64,000 nucleotides of DNA from Chrysomallon squamiferum (Eukaryota > Animalia > Mollusca): contig CM022670.1 in NCBI GenBank assembly GCA_012295275.1, positions 24,056,001-24,120,000 on the forward strand, written 5' to 3'. Shown here piece by piece: positions 1-12,580 of this stretch; the first letter of the stretch is position 1, and every line of letters begins with the position of its first letter. Under the pieces are notes generated by a model that saw only the letters and a list, made by a program, of their open reading frames with translations, made no database searches and was not told the origin of the DNA. Both the position numbers and the translations under genes were made by a program.

Positions 1-553
1 ATAATTTTTACTGCAAGATATCTTTACAGGAACCAAATAAATGAAATTTATATATTTTCTAAAATATAACAAAGATTGAATAATTTTGTCCTACTAATTT
101 TATCTCTGTAACATAACTTAACTTTGCATATACATATTTAAAAAAAAATATTAAGTTTTAAATTGATTTTAAATGGAATCTAAAAGAGATTGTAAATAAC
201 AGCAGGAACAATAATAATGCATTTCAAAATTCATAAACTTTAAGGTACATTTTAATATAACTGGTAATATTTGTAAAATTTAGGTTGCTCTTACACTATT
301 TATATTATCAAATAGTTTTGGTTAATTGTGACTAATGTTTTACTCATGTGTTGTTGATATCCATGAGATGACAGAAATCCAGTTATTATAAACAGTTTCT
401 TACTTTTTCAACCTTTTTTCTTTTATTTATACTGAGTCTGTTAAAGGAAACAGATAAATGATTACAAAGCCTATAATGCAAACCTTTACCCAAGTCACCT
501 AGCAGTGACCCAAAATCATGTAAGTAAACACCTGTGAAGACAAAGCTACATAC

Positions 554-589
554 CTGCTTGGTGGATTCTAGATTAAAATCTACCTTCAT
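554..589 (-). CDS. Candidate alternative first coding exon (MKVDFNLESTKQ) of an unidentified minus-strand gene
   Basis: ATG at 589, 12 codons, then a strong phase-0 donor CAG|GTATGT. No homology recognised. Confidence 0.3.
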
Positions 590-1638
590 AACTCCTTTCT
601 GACTGACAGTTCCAAATAACTGTTAGTTTGTAAAAGTGGTCAGAATCCTTTTCACTTACAGTCAGAACTACACAGCTATTATTTCAGTGTGTACAGTTGA
701 TATTTATTGAACAATAAGCTAATTATCCAGACCTTGATGTTATTAATGTGGATACAACAAGTCACATAAATGCTACCAATGTGTGTCATTTCCAAAGATA
801 GGTATGGACAGACTATACAGTAGACTACCTAATAAATCGACCATTTCATGTCCAGACTTGAACTTAGAACATAGCATTAAATATTCATTTCACAAGTAAT
901 TTGTTTTTCTCCCTGGTGGGTGAAATGTGAACAGTCATGCATGCAGCAACAATCATTTAAGTGTAGTAATGTGGTGAATTTGTGATGTCTTAAGGTAACT
1001 TTATCCAAGTTTTATAGAGAATTGTATAACACTGCATGATTAGGAAATAGATACAGATACTATTTATAACAAATACACAAATTCTTTTTTATGCTTGCAA
1101 GCATGTTATCACTTTCAAAAAATAGAATAAATAAATAAATAAATAAATAAATAAACAAATATATAAATAATAATAATAATGAAAATAAAAGAAAGAAAAA
1201 AGACAGAAAGAAAAAGAAAAAGAAAAAAGAAATAAGATAAGAAATAATAAAACAAAGAAATTTGTTATTACAATTGCAAATGTAATAAAAATAACAATAA
1301 ATTAAGAAATAAATAGAAATGAAACCATTAACTACTTGATGTAGATAAATTATCATTTCTGTATCTAAAATAGCATTAATTCCTCAATGTAATTAATTAC
1401 CATTGTCAGTAGTCAGTTTGAATAATAAATTGTTATTTAAGAAAGAATATAGTTAGGGAACAAAATTAATTTATACTTTAACTCTGGAAACAGGTGAAGT
1501 AGCAAGTCAGGTAAACAGTTTATAATACTGTATTTTTTATTATGTTTATAAAAAAATAATTTAATTAATTAATTTAAAAAAAAAAATTTTTTATCTGAGA
1601 CAACCCATTGCTTAAAAATAGTATACCTGAACATTAGA

Positions 1639-1796
1639 GATTTGTTAACAATCAGTTGTGATAATGATAACACTGATTATTACCTCTGTAGTCATCATTC
1701 CAGAAAATGATGACAACGATTTGTTAACAAGCAGTTGTGATAATGATAACACTGATTATTACCTCTGTCGTCATCATTCCAGAAAATGATGACAAA
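1639..1796. repeat. Tandem duplication, 2 x 79 bp, each unit with internal hairpins
   Basis: Units start at 1639 and 1718 and are nearly identical. Confidence 0.9.
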
Positions 1797-4104
1797 CACA
1801 AAAACTTAACCATTTGGTTCATCTGTTGTTGTTTTTTTAAAAATAATCTTATCTTGGTGTTTTTGTTAACAAAATTTATCATTTCAGTTACAGCTATTTA
1901 TTTTGTTCATCCTCGTCTAAAAAAACAACTGCTGCTAGTGTATTATTTTAAATTCACTCCATTCTTTGACAAAGGAATTATCTTAGTGGTATCCTCCCAA
2001 AAGGTACATTGGTCAATAGTCATTTAATAATCATCATTCTTCTTCTTCTTATTATTATTATTACTATATTAAAAATATTCTTCTTTAGTAACGGTGATTT
2101 ATAATTATACATTGATATCTTAACATCTTCATAAAGATATTTTATTACAATTATTTATTATACAATTTTTTTTTTTTAAAGAGAGTTGTTTTCAATTTTA
2201 AAATCAAAATCACTGAATTGTGAAAACAGAATAACAAAGAGTTAATTCAGTGTAGTGTAAAAATTAAAATACACATTATCTCAAGTGCTAGTGGAAACCT
2301 AAGAAGCAAGATATAAGAAAGCTATTTAATATCTTTACTGTACAGATAATATAAAGAGTAATTAAAAAGACAACCACCACAAAAATTGTTAATTAATCAC
2401 ATTAGAATTAAAATAATAATAATAATAATAAGGATAAATGATTTTTTTTTTTTTTTAAATTAACAAAAATTAAGTATTAGTAAAGATTATATTTGTAGAA
2501 AGGTTTATAAAAATTAATAATAATAAACACAAAAGACCACAACGTAATGAATACTGAAAAAAAGGAAAGAAGAAACTGACAACAAAAAAAAAACAAAAAA
2601 AAAATAAAAGAAACAAAAAGAAAATTTATGGATAAACAAGTTCCAGAGGCTATACAAAATATTTAATAGGAACGACTGCTTGTCTAACATCACCATAAAA
2701 TGTTTGTTTGTTTTTTATTTTAAACATATTTGTTACGTTTTTGTTGGTTTTTTTTTTTTTTTTGGTAATGAATAAAAAATAATCATTATAATGATATGAA
2801 AAAAAAAAAAAATTGCAATCTGCAGTTTTTTGACAGGTTATTCTTATTAATTAACTTATAGGGATTACCATAAACAATGTTCTGTACTGAGAAAGATAAT
2901 AGAGAAACCTACAGAACTGGCTGAAATGAAACTGCTTATTGTGTTAGTGAAAGGGATTAAATTTCACCTAATGACTCTGCCCCAATCAGTGAACTAGAAT
3001 ATAAAACCAATTGGATATTTTACTGAATAAAAAACAGTCTCTGTTTTAATTTCACAAAGAAGTCTTATTAATTAACTCCATTCAAAATTAATCTCTTTTA
3101 CCTTTAATGTTACATAAAGGTCACAATTTTCTCTTCTTGCATACATAAACTGGTCACAATAAACTGAGTTAAAACAAAACATATAGTTTATCACTATTTT
3201 ATATTATTTCAAAATTTTGCATACTCAATTTTTTTCTATCTAAACAAATCAGTGAAATTGCTATGGCTTTATGAAAAGATTTATGAAATAGAAAAATTAC
3301 CCGTACCACATGAGATACAAAAATGAAACAATAGTTTTAATCAGTATAATCAAAATGACATGTTCTTTGACATCTCACATGACCAAGAAAGGTTAATATA
3401 ATTTATGATTGGTCATAACATTTAAGATTTTTCTAAGTAAGTATTTATTTAATTTTTAAATTTAAAATGTATTTAAATTCCAGAAATTTTAGTTTTTGTA
3501 AATTTACTATGTAATCATCAATAGAAAAGAAATTCTATTTGGCACTAAATATTCAGGCTGTTAAATAATTAACTGATTTTCTTCTTTTAATACATCTTTG
3601 GTATGAAGGCAAAATGGTGGAACAAAATAACTGAAAAAAATAGATGCAGCTATGAATTACTGTTTCCAATGTGTTATTCAACAATATTTAAATTTGATTC
3701 ATTAAAAAATGTTTAAAAAAACAAACAACATAGAAAAACAGCTGTATTAAATTTAGGAAAATCTATGTATAAGTATATATTTACTCTTTTTTTTTGTTTA
3801 AAAGAATGTCACACACATGACACACACAAAATTGGGGAATTATGAAATATTTTGTTTGCACTGTTTTGTAAGTAGCCCTCTGTTTTGTCAAATGTCTGAA
3901 ATTATAAGCTTATTAGTTTTATAAAATTTAATACTGATGATTTATATCCAAAAGATTTAAAATATATCAGAACAAGAATCAACACTGCACAACAGGTGGA
4001 TTAATAATATTTGTGTAACAGACAAGTTGAGAACGAAGAGCAACTAAAGAGGTTAAAAAAGAAATAGCAGAGACTACAGCTAAGCAAATAATTACCTTCC
4101 TTAC

Positions 4105-4165
4105 CTCTGCTTTCATTTTTTTTGAGGAAAATGAATTGACAGCTACATTTAGATGCAATTACAGT
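4105..4165 (-). other. Candidate exon ending in start codons MKAE of an unidentified minus-strand gene
   Basis: Acceptor tgttttatag before 4165, A-rich context aaaATG at 4116, strong phase-0 donor GAG|GTAAGG after 4105. Confidence 0.35.
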
Positions 4166-5869
4166 CTATAAAACATAATACAAATAACCATTCAAAATTT
4201 TGGGGAAATAAACTGTTAATATAATCATGCATGTTTTTACCAGAAATGATAATATTTAATCTCCAAACATTAATATATTAAAAATAATAACAAAAATACT
4301 TTAACAAACACAATAATATATTTTTTTTCATTTAGCTAACGATGAAGTGAATAAAATATTATTTTCATTAGTTATCTTATTAAAATGTTTACATCAAGTC
4401 TTGAAATGAATACAAGATTTCCCTCAACGGATCAGTTATTTCATTTATTCAATACATTGACTGGATAATCCGTTGTCAGGTACAGACAGTCAGGTTACTG
4501 ACATGAATCCACTGTGTACGGACAAGCTCTAGCAGATCATGTAGTTATTCGGATATACATATACAAAAAACTAGGCAATGAAACATGATAATGATAATAA
4601 TCATAATCTACATATTTGTTACTGTTTTGATGCTGCAAGAATAAATTTAAAATATCATATTTACTATCTAAAATATCATTGTAGAGATGGTAATAATATT
4701 TATAATCTTTCAAATACTTGTAAAATGAACAACAGAATGAGTGGTTAATGACATATAAATATATTTTAAAAGTAAAAATAGTTAATTATGCATAAAACAT
4801 GGATATTTTCACCTAAACAACAATGATGATAAACATAAAAGTAAACCTAGTGTTCCTAAGTACTGCCCATGCAGGTTATTTTGAAATATTATCAACTGGC
4901 CACAAGGGATCTAACAAAAAAGAAAAAACAGAATTCAAAAAAATAAAAAGAGGAAAAAATGTCACATGCTTTGATGTAAGTGCTATGACATACCAATATG
5001 AATGAGATAAACTCAAACTATGCAGAAGAGGACAGAAAAATTAAAATGAAAATCAATTAATGTGTAATAAAAATAAATTAGCGAAGACTATTTAACATGT
5101 TAATGTCAGACAAAATTTAGCAAAATAATGTGGCAAACTGATGCACATGATTTACAACTCAAACATTTAATAATGTTTAAAAAGGAGTATTAATGATAAA
5201 TAATTATATACTTCATTCACAGAACTACTATAAATTAAATAAATACAGCTGTTTCTATTTAAAAAATATATATATGTATGTATGTATTTTTTTTAATGAT
5301 TATTACTTTCAAACAAACCAAAAAAAAAAAAAAAAATTTAAAAAAAGTCTATCCAAACATGTGCAAACATTTACTGGAAATAAATGGTAACATTATTTTT
5401 AGTAAAAGTAACATCATGCTATTTGATTAGTGACTTATGGGTAATTTGTATTGACTTTGAATGAAACTGAAATTTTAATATATTTGATGGTACACAGGGA
5501 AATCATGGGTGGTGGACAACTTTTTCAAAAATGATGTTATTATTTAGTAAAATGAGGAGAAAAAAGATGAGAGAAAAAAAATAAAATTAAATTATCTTAT
5601 TTAGTTTTGGAGATAAGCAACTTTGAGTAATTACATAACTGACCACCATATTTGCCAAGAATGAGCATGAAAGCTGAGCAACATTTTAATAACTGTCTAT
5701 AAATTTTGCTTAGCAAGTGTCTGATATGAAAATAACAAGAAAGACTCACAAAAGTAAAAGAAACTATTCATTTTAAATACAAAATGTTTATAAAAGAATG
5801 AAAACAGGTTGAAAATGACGATTTCCCAGAATAAAATGGGTGAGTGAAGTAACAAATGTACATATGTTT

Positions 5870-5934
5870 GTATGTATGTATGTATGTATGATTGTATGTG
5901 TGTATGTGTTTATGTATGTATGTATGTGTTTGTG

Positions 5935-5968
<34 letters not shown>

Positions 5969-5977
5969 TGTATGTAT
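5870..5977. repeat. (GTAT)n/(GT)n microsatellite
   Basis: Directly visible. Confidence 0.95.
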
Positions 5978-6319
5978 CCACAGTATGAGTATCAGCATTT
6001 ATATAGGTGATCATATATTATTATATAACATTAATCATTATATTGTCACTCACAGAGTTGCCTTATTTGTCACAAGAGTAACACGGTGATGTTAAAAAAA
6101 GAGAAAAAAGTAAGTGCCAAATAAAGGCAATCCTTAATTTAATCAGCAGTGTTCAGTAACTTACGTATCAATGGCGTAAATCGTAATAATGATGTTATTG
6201 TTATGTTAATATGCTTCTTATGACTGACAGACTTACTTCAGTTCTTCAAACGGGATTGAAAGATGTTTGTCTGCTCCAGGTAATGTATATAAGTTATCTT
6301 CAATAAGTAGGCAGTAATA

Positions 6320-6365
6320 TTTAAAACTTCCTGGATCTGATACAATAACCTCGGATTAAAAAATG
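6320..6365 (+). promoter_or_regulatory. Probable TAF7 promoter and first (5' UTR) exon ending ATG|GTAAGC
   Basis: Local CpG enrichment, ETS-like ACTTCC at about 6326, strong donor at 6366 that matches the acceptor at 6805-6806. The transcription start position is a guess. Confidence 0.55.
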
Positions 6366-6823
6366 GTAAGCTTCGTATATTGACGTTTCGTCAATACAAA
6401 TAAACTGGTACTTTATACAAATGTAAATAAGCGATACAAAACAAAAGAATCGGTTTAAAAGGCACCACTGACTTGGTGACGAGTTTGTAATACTTGAAAG
6501 AAGACTAGTATACATTATCGTATATCTTATTAAAGATAATAAAGTATCACAGCACTATCATTCAAAATTTACCAGTATTGATACTGTCAATGTTTATTTT
6601 TAGATCTGAATTTTTAAATTTTGAAATATTTTATTTGAAGCAAAGCCGGAAATAGTATTTGTATAATTTAGCTGAAACTGTGTTACTCACTTACTGTTAG
6701 TCATAGTGATAATAATATTACTAATAGTGATATTGATAGTAATACAGTTATGTTATAACATATATATATATATGTTTTCGTTTGTTGATCCCGTTTTCTT
6801 TTATAGAATGCAACATATTTGAA

Positions 6824-6963
6824 ATGAATGTTCCAAAGAAGAAAGAAAGTGGTTCAGAAGCACCATTTGATCTCGAACAGCCATTTATAATGAGATTACC
6901 TCCAGTTAGTTCGCATATATTGAATATTATAAATAAAGGAATTTATTATTTTTATTAACCTGC

Positions 6964-7022
<59 letters not shown>

Positions 7023-10000
7023 TTTTTTTATTTGCTGCTGTCAAAAAAAAAAAAAAAAAAATCTTTGCAATTTGATTTTATATGCAGTATGGTAAAATTG
7101 GAATTTACATCTTGTTTTGACAAAAGCATTTAAAATTTTTAAGTGATTGTACAAATATTAGCATAAATTCAGCATATTTTTGGCAAAAAGTTTTTTTTCA
7201 AGGTAGGGGGCATGTATTGTTATTTTTAAATGTCTCTTATATTGGCACTCCAACAACTAACAAGGTAGGTCATTTCATCTAAAATAATATCTGTTACTTC
7301 ATCTGAACTTTTTTTTTCACAAGCAACAACAACAATGAAATAAAATAAATCACAGCAGATTATCATAATTTGTTTTGTGATAATCAAGATCTAAACTGCA
7401 TATATACATTCACTGACTAAGGCATGAAGATCTCTTCAGGAGCAATTTTTTTTTTTTTTTTTCAAATAAAGTGGATCTATTAAAAAGCATGGTACCAAGG
7501 ATCATGGACTGTGTAACCATATTAATTTATTGAGATTGTATCCAAAGAATGCTTAACTATAGTTAATCAATTTTCATGTGAACTGTCAAGTATTATATGT
7601 AACCTTCTTAACTCATTTTCAAACAGGAAAGTAATGATGTTGTTAGCTTTTATATTTAAAAAATAATTATTATTATTGCAGATATAAAATACTACTCTAC
7701 TGAAAAGAACAGTTTTGGGATTCAAAATTGCATAAAGCAGGACAGATATTTTTATTGATATTATTAATGATATTATTAATAATTTATAATTCTCTTTTGC
7801 TTCAGGGTCCAGCTATTGCTTTAAGACGAGATGTTCAGTCTGGAGCTATGAATCTGAGGGATAAATTAAGCATTGAGATTCAGCATGACATGAGACATGC
7901 TAGAGTCCGTTGGGGTGGAGAAGTATTGAATGCAAAGGTCTCAAAGTTATTCATTTTTCTGAACATTGTATGTAAAATAAAAATAAAATATATAGGGCTA
8001 ATATAAAGCAAAATTCTGTTGATCTTTTATTTGTTTGTTTTTATTAGATTTTTATCCTCCCATCTTAATAAATTGTCAGACACAGATCTGTATATGTACT
8101 AAAAAGTAAAATTTATACTGATCATTTTTTTTTAATGCACATTTTAGTTAGTTGATTTGCCATGTATTGTGGAATGCCTCAAAACAGTGGACAAGAAAAC
8201 ATTTTATAAAACAGCTGACATTGCTCAGGTAAGATATTTTATCTGGTTTTATCTGATTATATTTTTGATGTTTATCAAATTTGTAACTGAAAACAAAATG
8301 GACATTAACATTATATTTAAAACATCTTGTATTATTTAAGGTTTTGTACATTTAAAAATAAATTTGATATATTACATTTTTTTTATGTGCAAATCATTTT
8401 GTAAAATTATTTTATGGTTTAGTACATTTAGAAAAATCAGTTTGTAGATTCAAAAATATTTTTCAGTTTTCATTTTTTTATGTGCAGAATCATTTGAGTT
8501 GAAAATGAAATTTTACATTATTTTATTTTATAAACATTTATTATTAATTTTATTTAATAAAAAATTTACTTTATTTGGATAAAATCTTTATTTATCTTTA
8601 TTTTTTTATTTTTTTTGATTCATGTTACAAAAATATCAATTTCATTAAAAAAAAAATGTTTTTTTTGTTTTCATATTTATTATATGAACTGATGGGGCAC
8701 TCAAGAAAAATTCAATAACATTTTGGGGCTGGGTTGGATTCGGACTACTATGGCATTTTAAAGACAAAAAAGCATATGACAATAAAATAACACTCACCTG
8801 CTGTTTGCAAAACATAGAGTGGCCCAATTTTATTTAATACAAAAATGTCAGTGTTCTACAGTTTTTAAAAAGGCATTAAAGTTATTTGTGAGTAAATCAT
8901 TGGTTGGGTGGATTCATTATCTTTCACATTTTATAAGTAATTTGTTCAGTAAGTGAATAATATAGGATTATCATTGATTTTAATTTGAAGGACATTGCTC
9001 TGTTTTTAGTTAAATATCATTTTCATATAGTAAAATTTAGGTACAAGTAACAATGTTTTCACATCCCACTGGTGAGGTCATAAAGCCTGAGCCAAAAATA
9101 TTAAACACTGGCTATGATGTGTTACACAAAATGTTCTCTATATTGCCCTATATGTAAAATTATATGTTGTCTTTCTGGTGCATTTTGCTTGAATAATAGC
9201 TCTGGCCTTGGCTGAGCAATTTCTGAAAAGGGTCAATTTTACTGACTTTATTCAGATATTCATTCTTTTTTTAAATCGTAAGTTTGAGAAAAATCTATAG
9301 ATGACAATATTGTCCAGTGCATTATGTAAAAAGTGATGTGAATATGAACCTGAGGTCAGGTGTTTGGGATTTCAACATTTAATTGCCTTAAATCACTGTT
9401 TACATAACTGACATACTTTGTTGTTACAGTCTTGTTCTTGTATTTTGAATGGTTTTTATATAACAACATGCTGTTTTACTTTATTTATTAATCTGCTGTT
9501 ACAGATTTTAATAATCTCATCATATCTATAGTTCTCATATTTTTTATTTATGTTACATGTGAAAACTATAGAAATTAATTCTTGTAATTAGTGTTTGTTA
9601 ACAGGTCATAAAATATTTAATATAAATGTTAGAAAGCTTCTTCTGGTATCATTGGAAAGGTCTTTCATGCTGTTTCTAGAAGTAACAAATTAGTCAAGAT
9701 TCAATCAGTTTGAATTTTTTATTATTAATATTTTTTTAATTATATTTTTGTCCTTAATTGTTTTAATGTAAATATTTTGCTTACCATTTTCAGACCAGTA
9801 TATGGCAGCCATTTTTATTAGCTTCCATAAGTGGCTTTCATAGACAGGCTTGTATGTATCTTAAATTTATTGTTTTGTTTTTGTATTATAATGAATAATT
9901 TGATTTTTGCAGATACTTGTGTGTTCAGCTGATGATGACTTTGGTGCAGATGAAAATGACAGTCCTAAAAAGAAAGACAAAGATAAAAAGTTTTTGTGGA

Positions 10001-12580
10001 ATCATGGCAGTATGTGGTATTTTTTTTTATCTGTTTGTGAACATTAACAAATATGTCTTATTGCTTATTAGATTTTATTATTTTATTTAAATGATTTTTG
10101 CACTGCTACTAAAATTTGTTGTAAGTGTAGATTTATTAAAAAAGTTTTAATGGATTATCATTTACTTTTCTTATTAACAGTATTTAATAATTCTGTGTTG
10201 ATAGTTGTTTTAGTAATAACTATTATACATGTATTAAAATTTAAAATACACTGAAAGCAATCAGAAAAGAATAATGTTTACTTTTTTTTTTTATAGTTAC
10301 TCCACCACTGAAAAATGTCAAAAAAAGAAGGTTCAGAAAAACTTTGAAGAAAAAGGTTACTAGATTGTTAAACATATGAAGTGGAGAAATGTTATTTTAA
10401 ATAAATTATAATACTCTTATTTGTTAAAGTTGGACAAAGACATCAGTACTAAACTTCAGTTTTCATTGTTTAAATGAATTATCTATCACCAATCAGAATA
10501 CAATTAAATTTATAATTTGATTAAATATACTTTGCATAACTTGAAAGTGACTTTTTGCTTTTAATAAATTTATAACTGCAAATACATATAATAGAAATAT
10601 GAGATGGGACTCAGTCATAATTAATGAATAATTGAATATTTGTTAAAGCAGTAATTCTCGACCTGGCTAGCAGCATACTTTTGTAACTCTGAAAGAACAT
10701 AGGACAGTGTTAAAAATAGTATTTTTATATAATTAATTGAAAATGTATAAATACATTATGTAGTTCACTGTATTTTTGCAGTGATATAAAACTCGACCTT
10801 AAATATCATTTAAGTAAATGCTTCAAAAGGTTAATAATCACTGTGTTATTGACATTATATTATTTTACAATAATGAAGAATAATGAAGAATAAACCAGCC
10901 TCCATTGCTGAATTGCTACATTAGATCTTTCAAAGGCATATACATCAGCCTGGTCAGGCTGTTTACAGAATTATTGCATCTTGGTTTTGTATCTTCTAGT
11001 ATATGGATCAGCCAGATATTGAGAAAGAAGTGAAAAGATTATTCCGTTACGATGCTGAAGCAATTGATGTCAAATGGGAAGTAATTAATGAGGAAGATAA
11101 AACCACCTCACAAAACAACCAGTCTAATTCTGTTGTTGAGGCTAGTGGCTCAATTCATAAACGCGAAGGTCATCTAACAAGAAATGACAGTTCTCTTATG
11201 GATGTAGGTTAGTATTTTGCAGTGTTGTTTTAAGAGATGTCATTATTTATGAATGGATTTTTATTTTTATCTGTATACAAATAAATAAAAGCTTTGTTAC
11301 ATTTAGTATTATAGATTTCAGACAAACTTCTGTTATTATCTTGACTGAACTGCCAGATAATACCAGCAAGATAAGATGTCTTGCTGAAGACATGTGCCAG
11401 ATTACAATAGCTTAATCTGTTTCAGTCCTTTCTGATTTCAGTTAAATATCTGATCTGTGTGAGAGTCTGTTTATTTAAGATTTAGTAACAATTGTCTTTA
11501 AGTAATGACTTGATATTTTCCTAGCGTCTTACTTTGGTGAGGTTAGCAGTTCAGAAGATGAGGATGACAAAGACATAAATATAATGGATTCTGGAGATGA
11601 GGAGGTGTCACATGACCCTTCAACACCCAAGATGGCTTACCCTAGCAGTGTTGATCGTGCACCCAGTGAGAGCCAGGATAATACAGCAGATACAGATACA
11701 GGTATGGAATACAAATCAGATTTAACAATTCATACAGACCTTTTTGAAGTAATATGTTTAAATAGTTAATGTTATAAGAGAATAAATTTTTATGCTTTAA
11801 ATATTTCAGCTGTGTTACAGAATAGACTGGTAGAACTGAGTAATCAACTGGTTGAAATCAGAGAGAAACGAGATGAACATGAACAGCAAATTGCAACTCT
11901 AGATGATAACAGCCTCTTGGTAAACAATATCACTATATCATGTTAGAAAAAATTAAATAAAGAGCGTATGATACTTTCCTTAATTAAATCATTTATTGAA
12001 AAGTGATGATATCTGGTTTTAATCATAATAATTAGTAATGAATGATACATTGTTTTCATCTTATTGTGATACTTGTGGGATTTTGACTCAGATTTGTTAT
12101 TTATCTTTTTATTTATATAACTTATACAGTTTCATTATAAATATGCTAATTGATTTGTTAACAAACAAAATGATATTATATTGTAAGGATTAACAATTTT
12201 AACTGTTCTCATTGTATTTGAATTAATAGGAAGGATTACAGTTGGAGCTTCGTCAACTGGTTCAGGCAGAGAATGAAAAAGCTAAGGAGGTAAAATTTAT
12301 TTTACTACTGAATGTTTATTTGGTGATTTCTAGCTGAAAAACAAATAATAATAATAATAATAATGTTTATATCAAGCTCTTTTGATTTCCATCAAGAAAT
12401 CAGATATTTTATTTATTAAAATATTTTAAAATAAATTTGTATAGGGGTAAAACACAGCAGTGTTTAACTTGTCATTATCCATTTTTTATTGCACTGTTGA
12501 TAGGTGGTTTACAAAATATTTATTTCTTTCTGTTTATTTTATAGTTTGAAATCCTGTCTGCTATGCTGAATCAGGGTTGA
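6824..12580 (+). CDS. TAF7: Transcription initiation factor TFIID subunit 7 (TAFII55 family), 10 coding exons, about 346 aa
   Basis: GT-AG exons join in frame: 6824-6904, 7806-7937, 8148-8228, 9913-10009, 10297-10355, 11000-11207, 11525-11701, 11810-11919, 12230-12289, 12545-12580 (TGA). Translation has recognisable TAF7 motifs: [78 protein letters not shown], acidic SSSEDEDD and a C-terminal coiled coil. Confidence 0.96.
6966..7021. repeat. (CA)n microsatellite in a TAF7 intron
   Basis: Directly visible. Confidence 0.98.
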
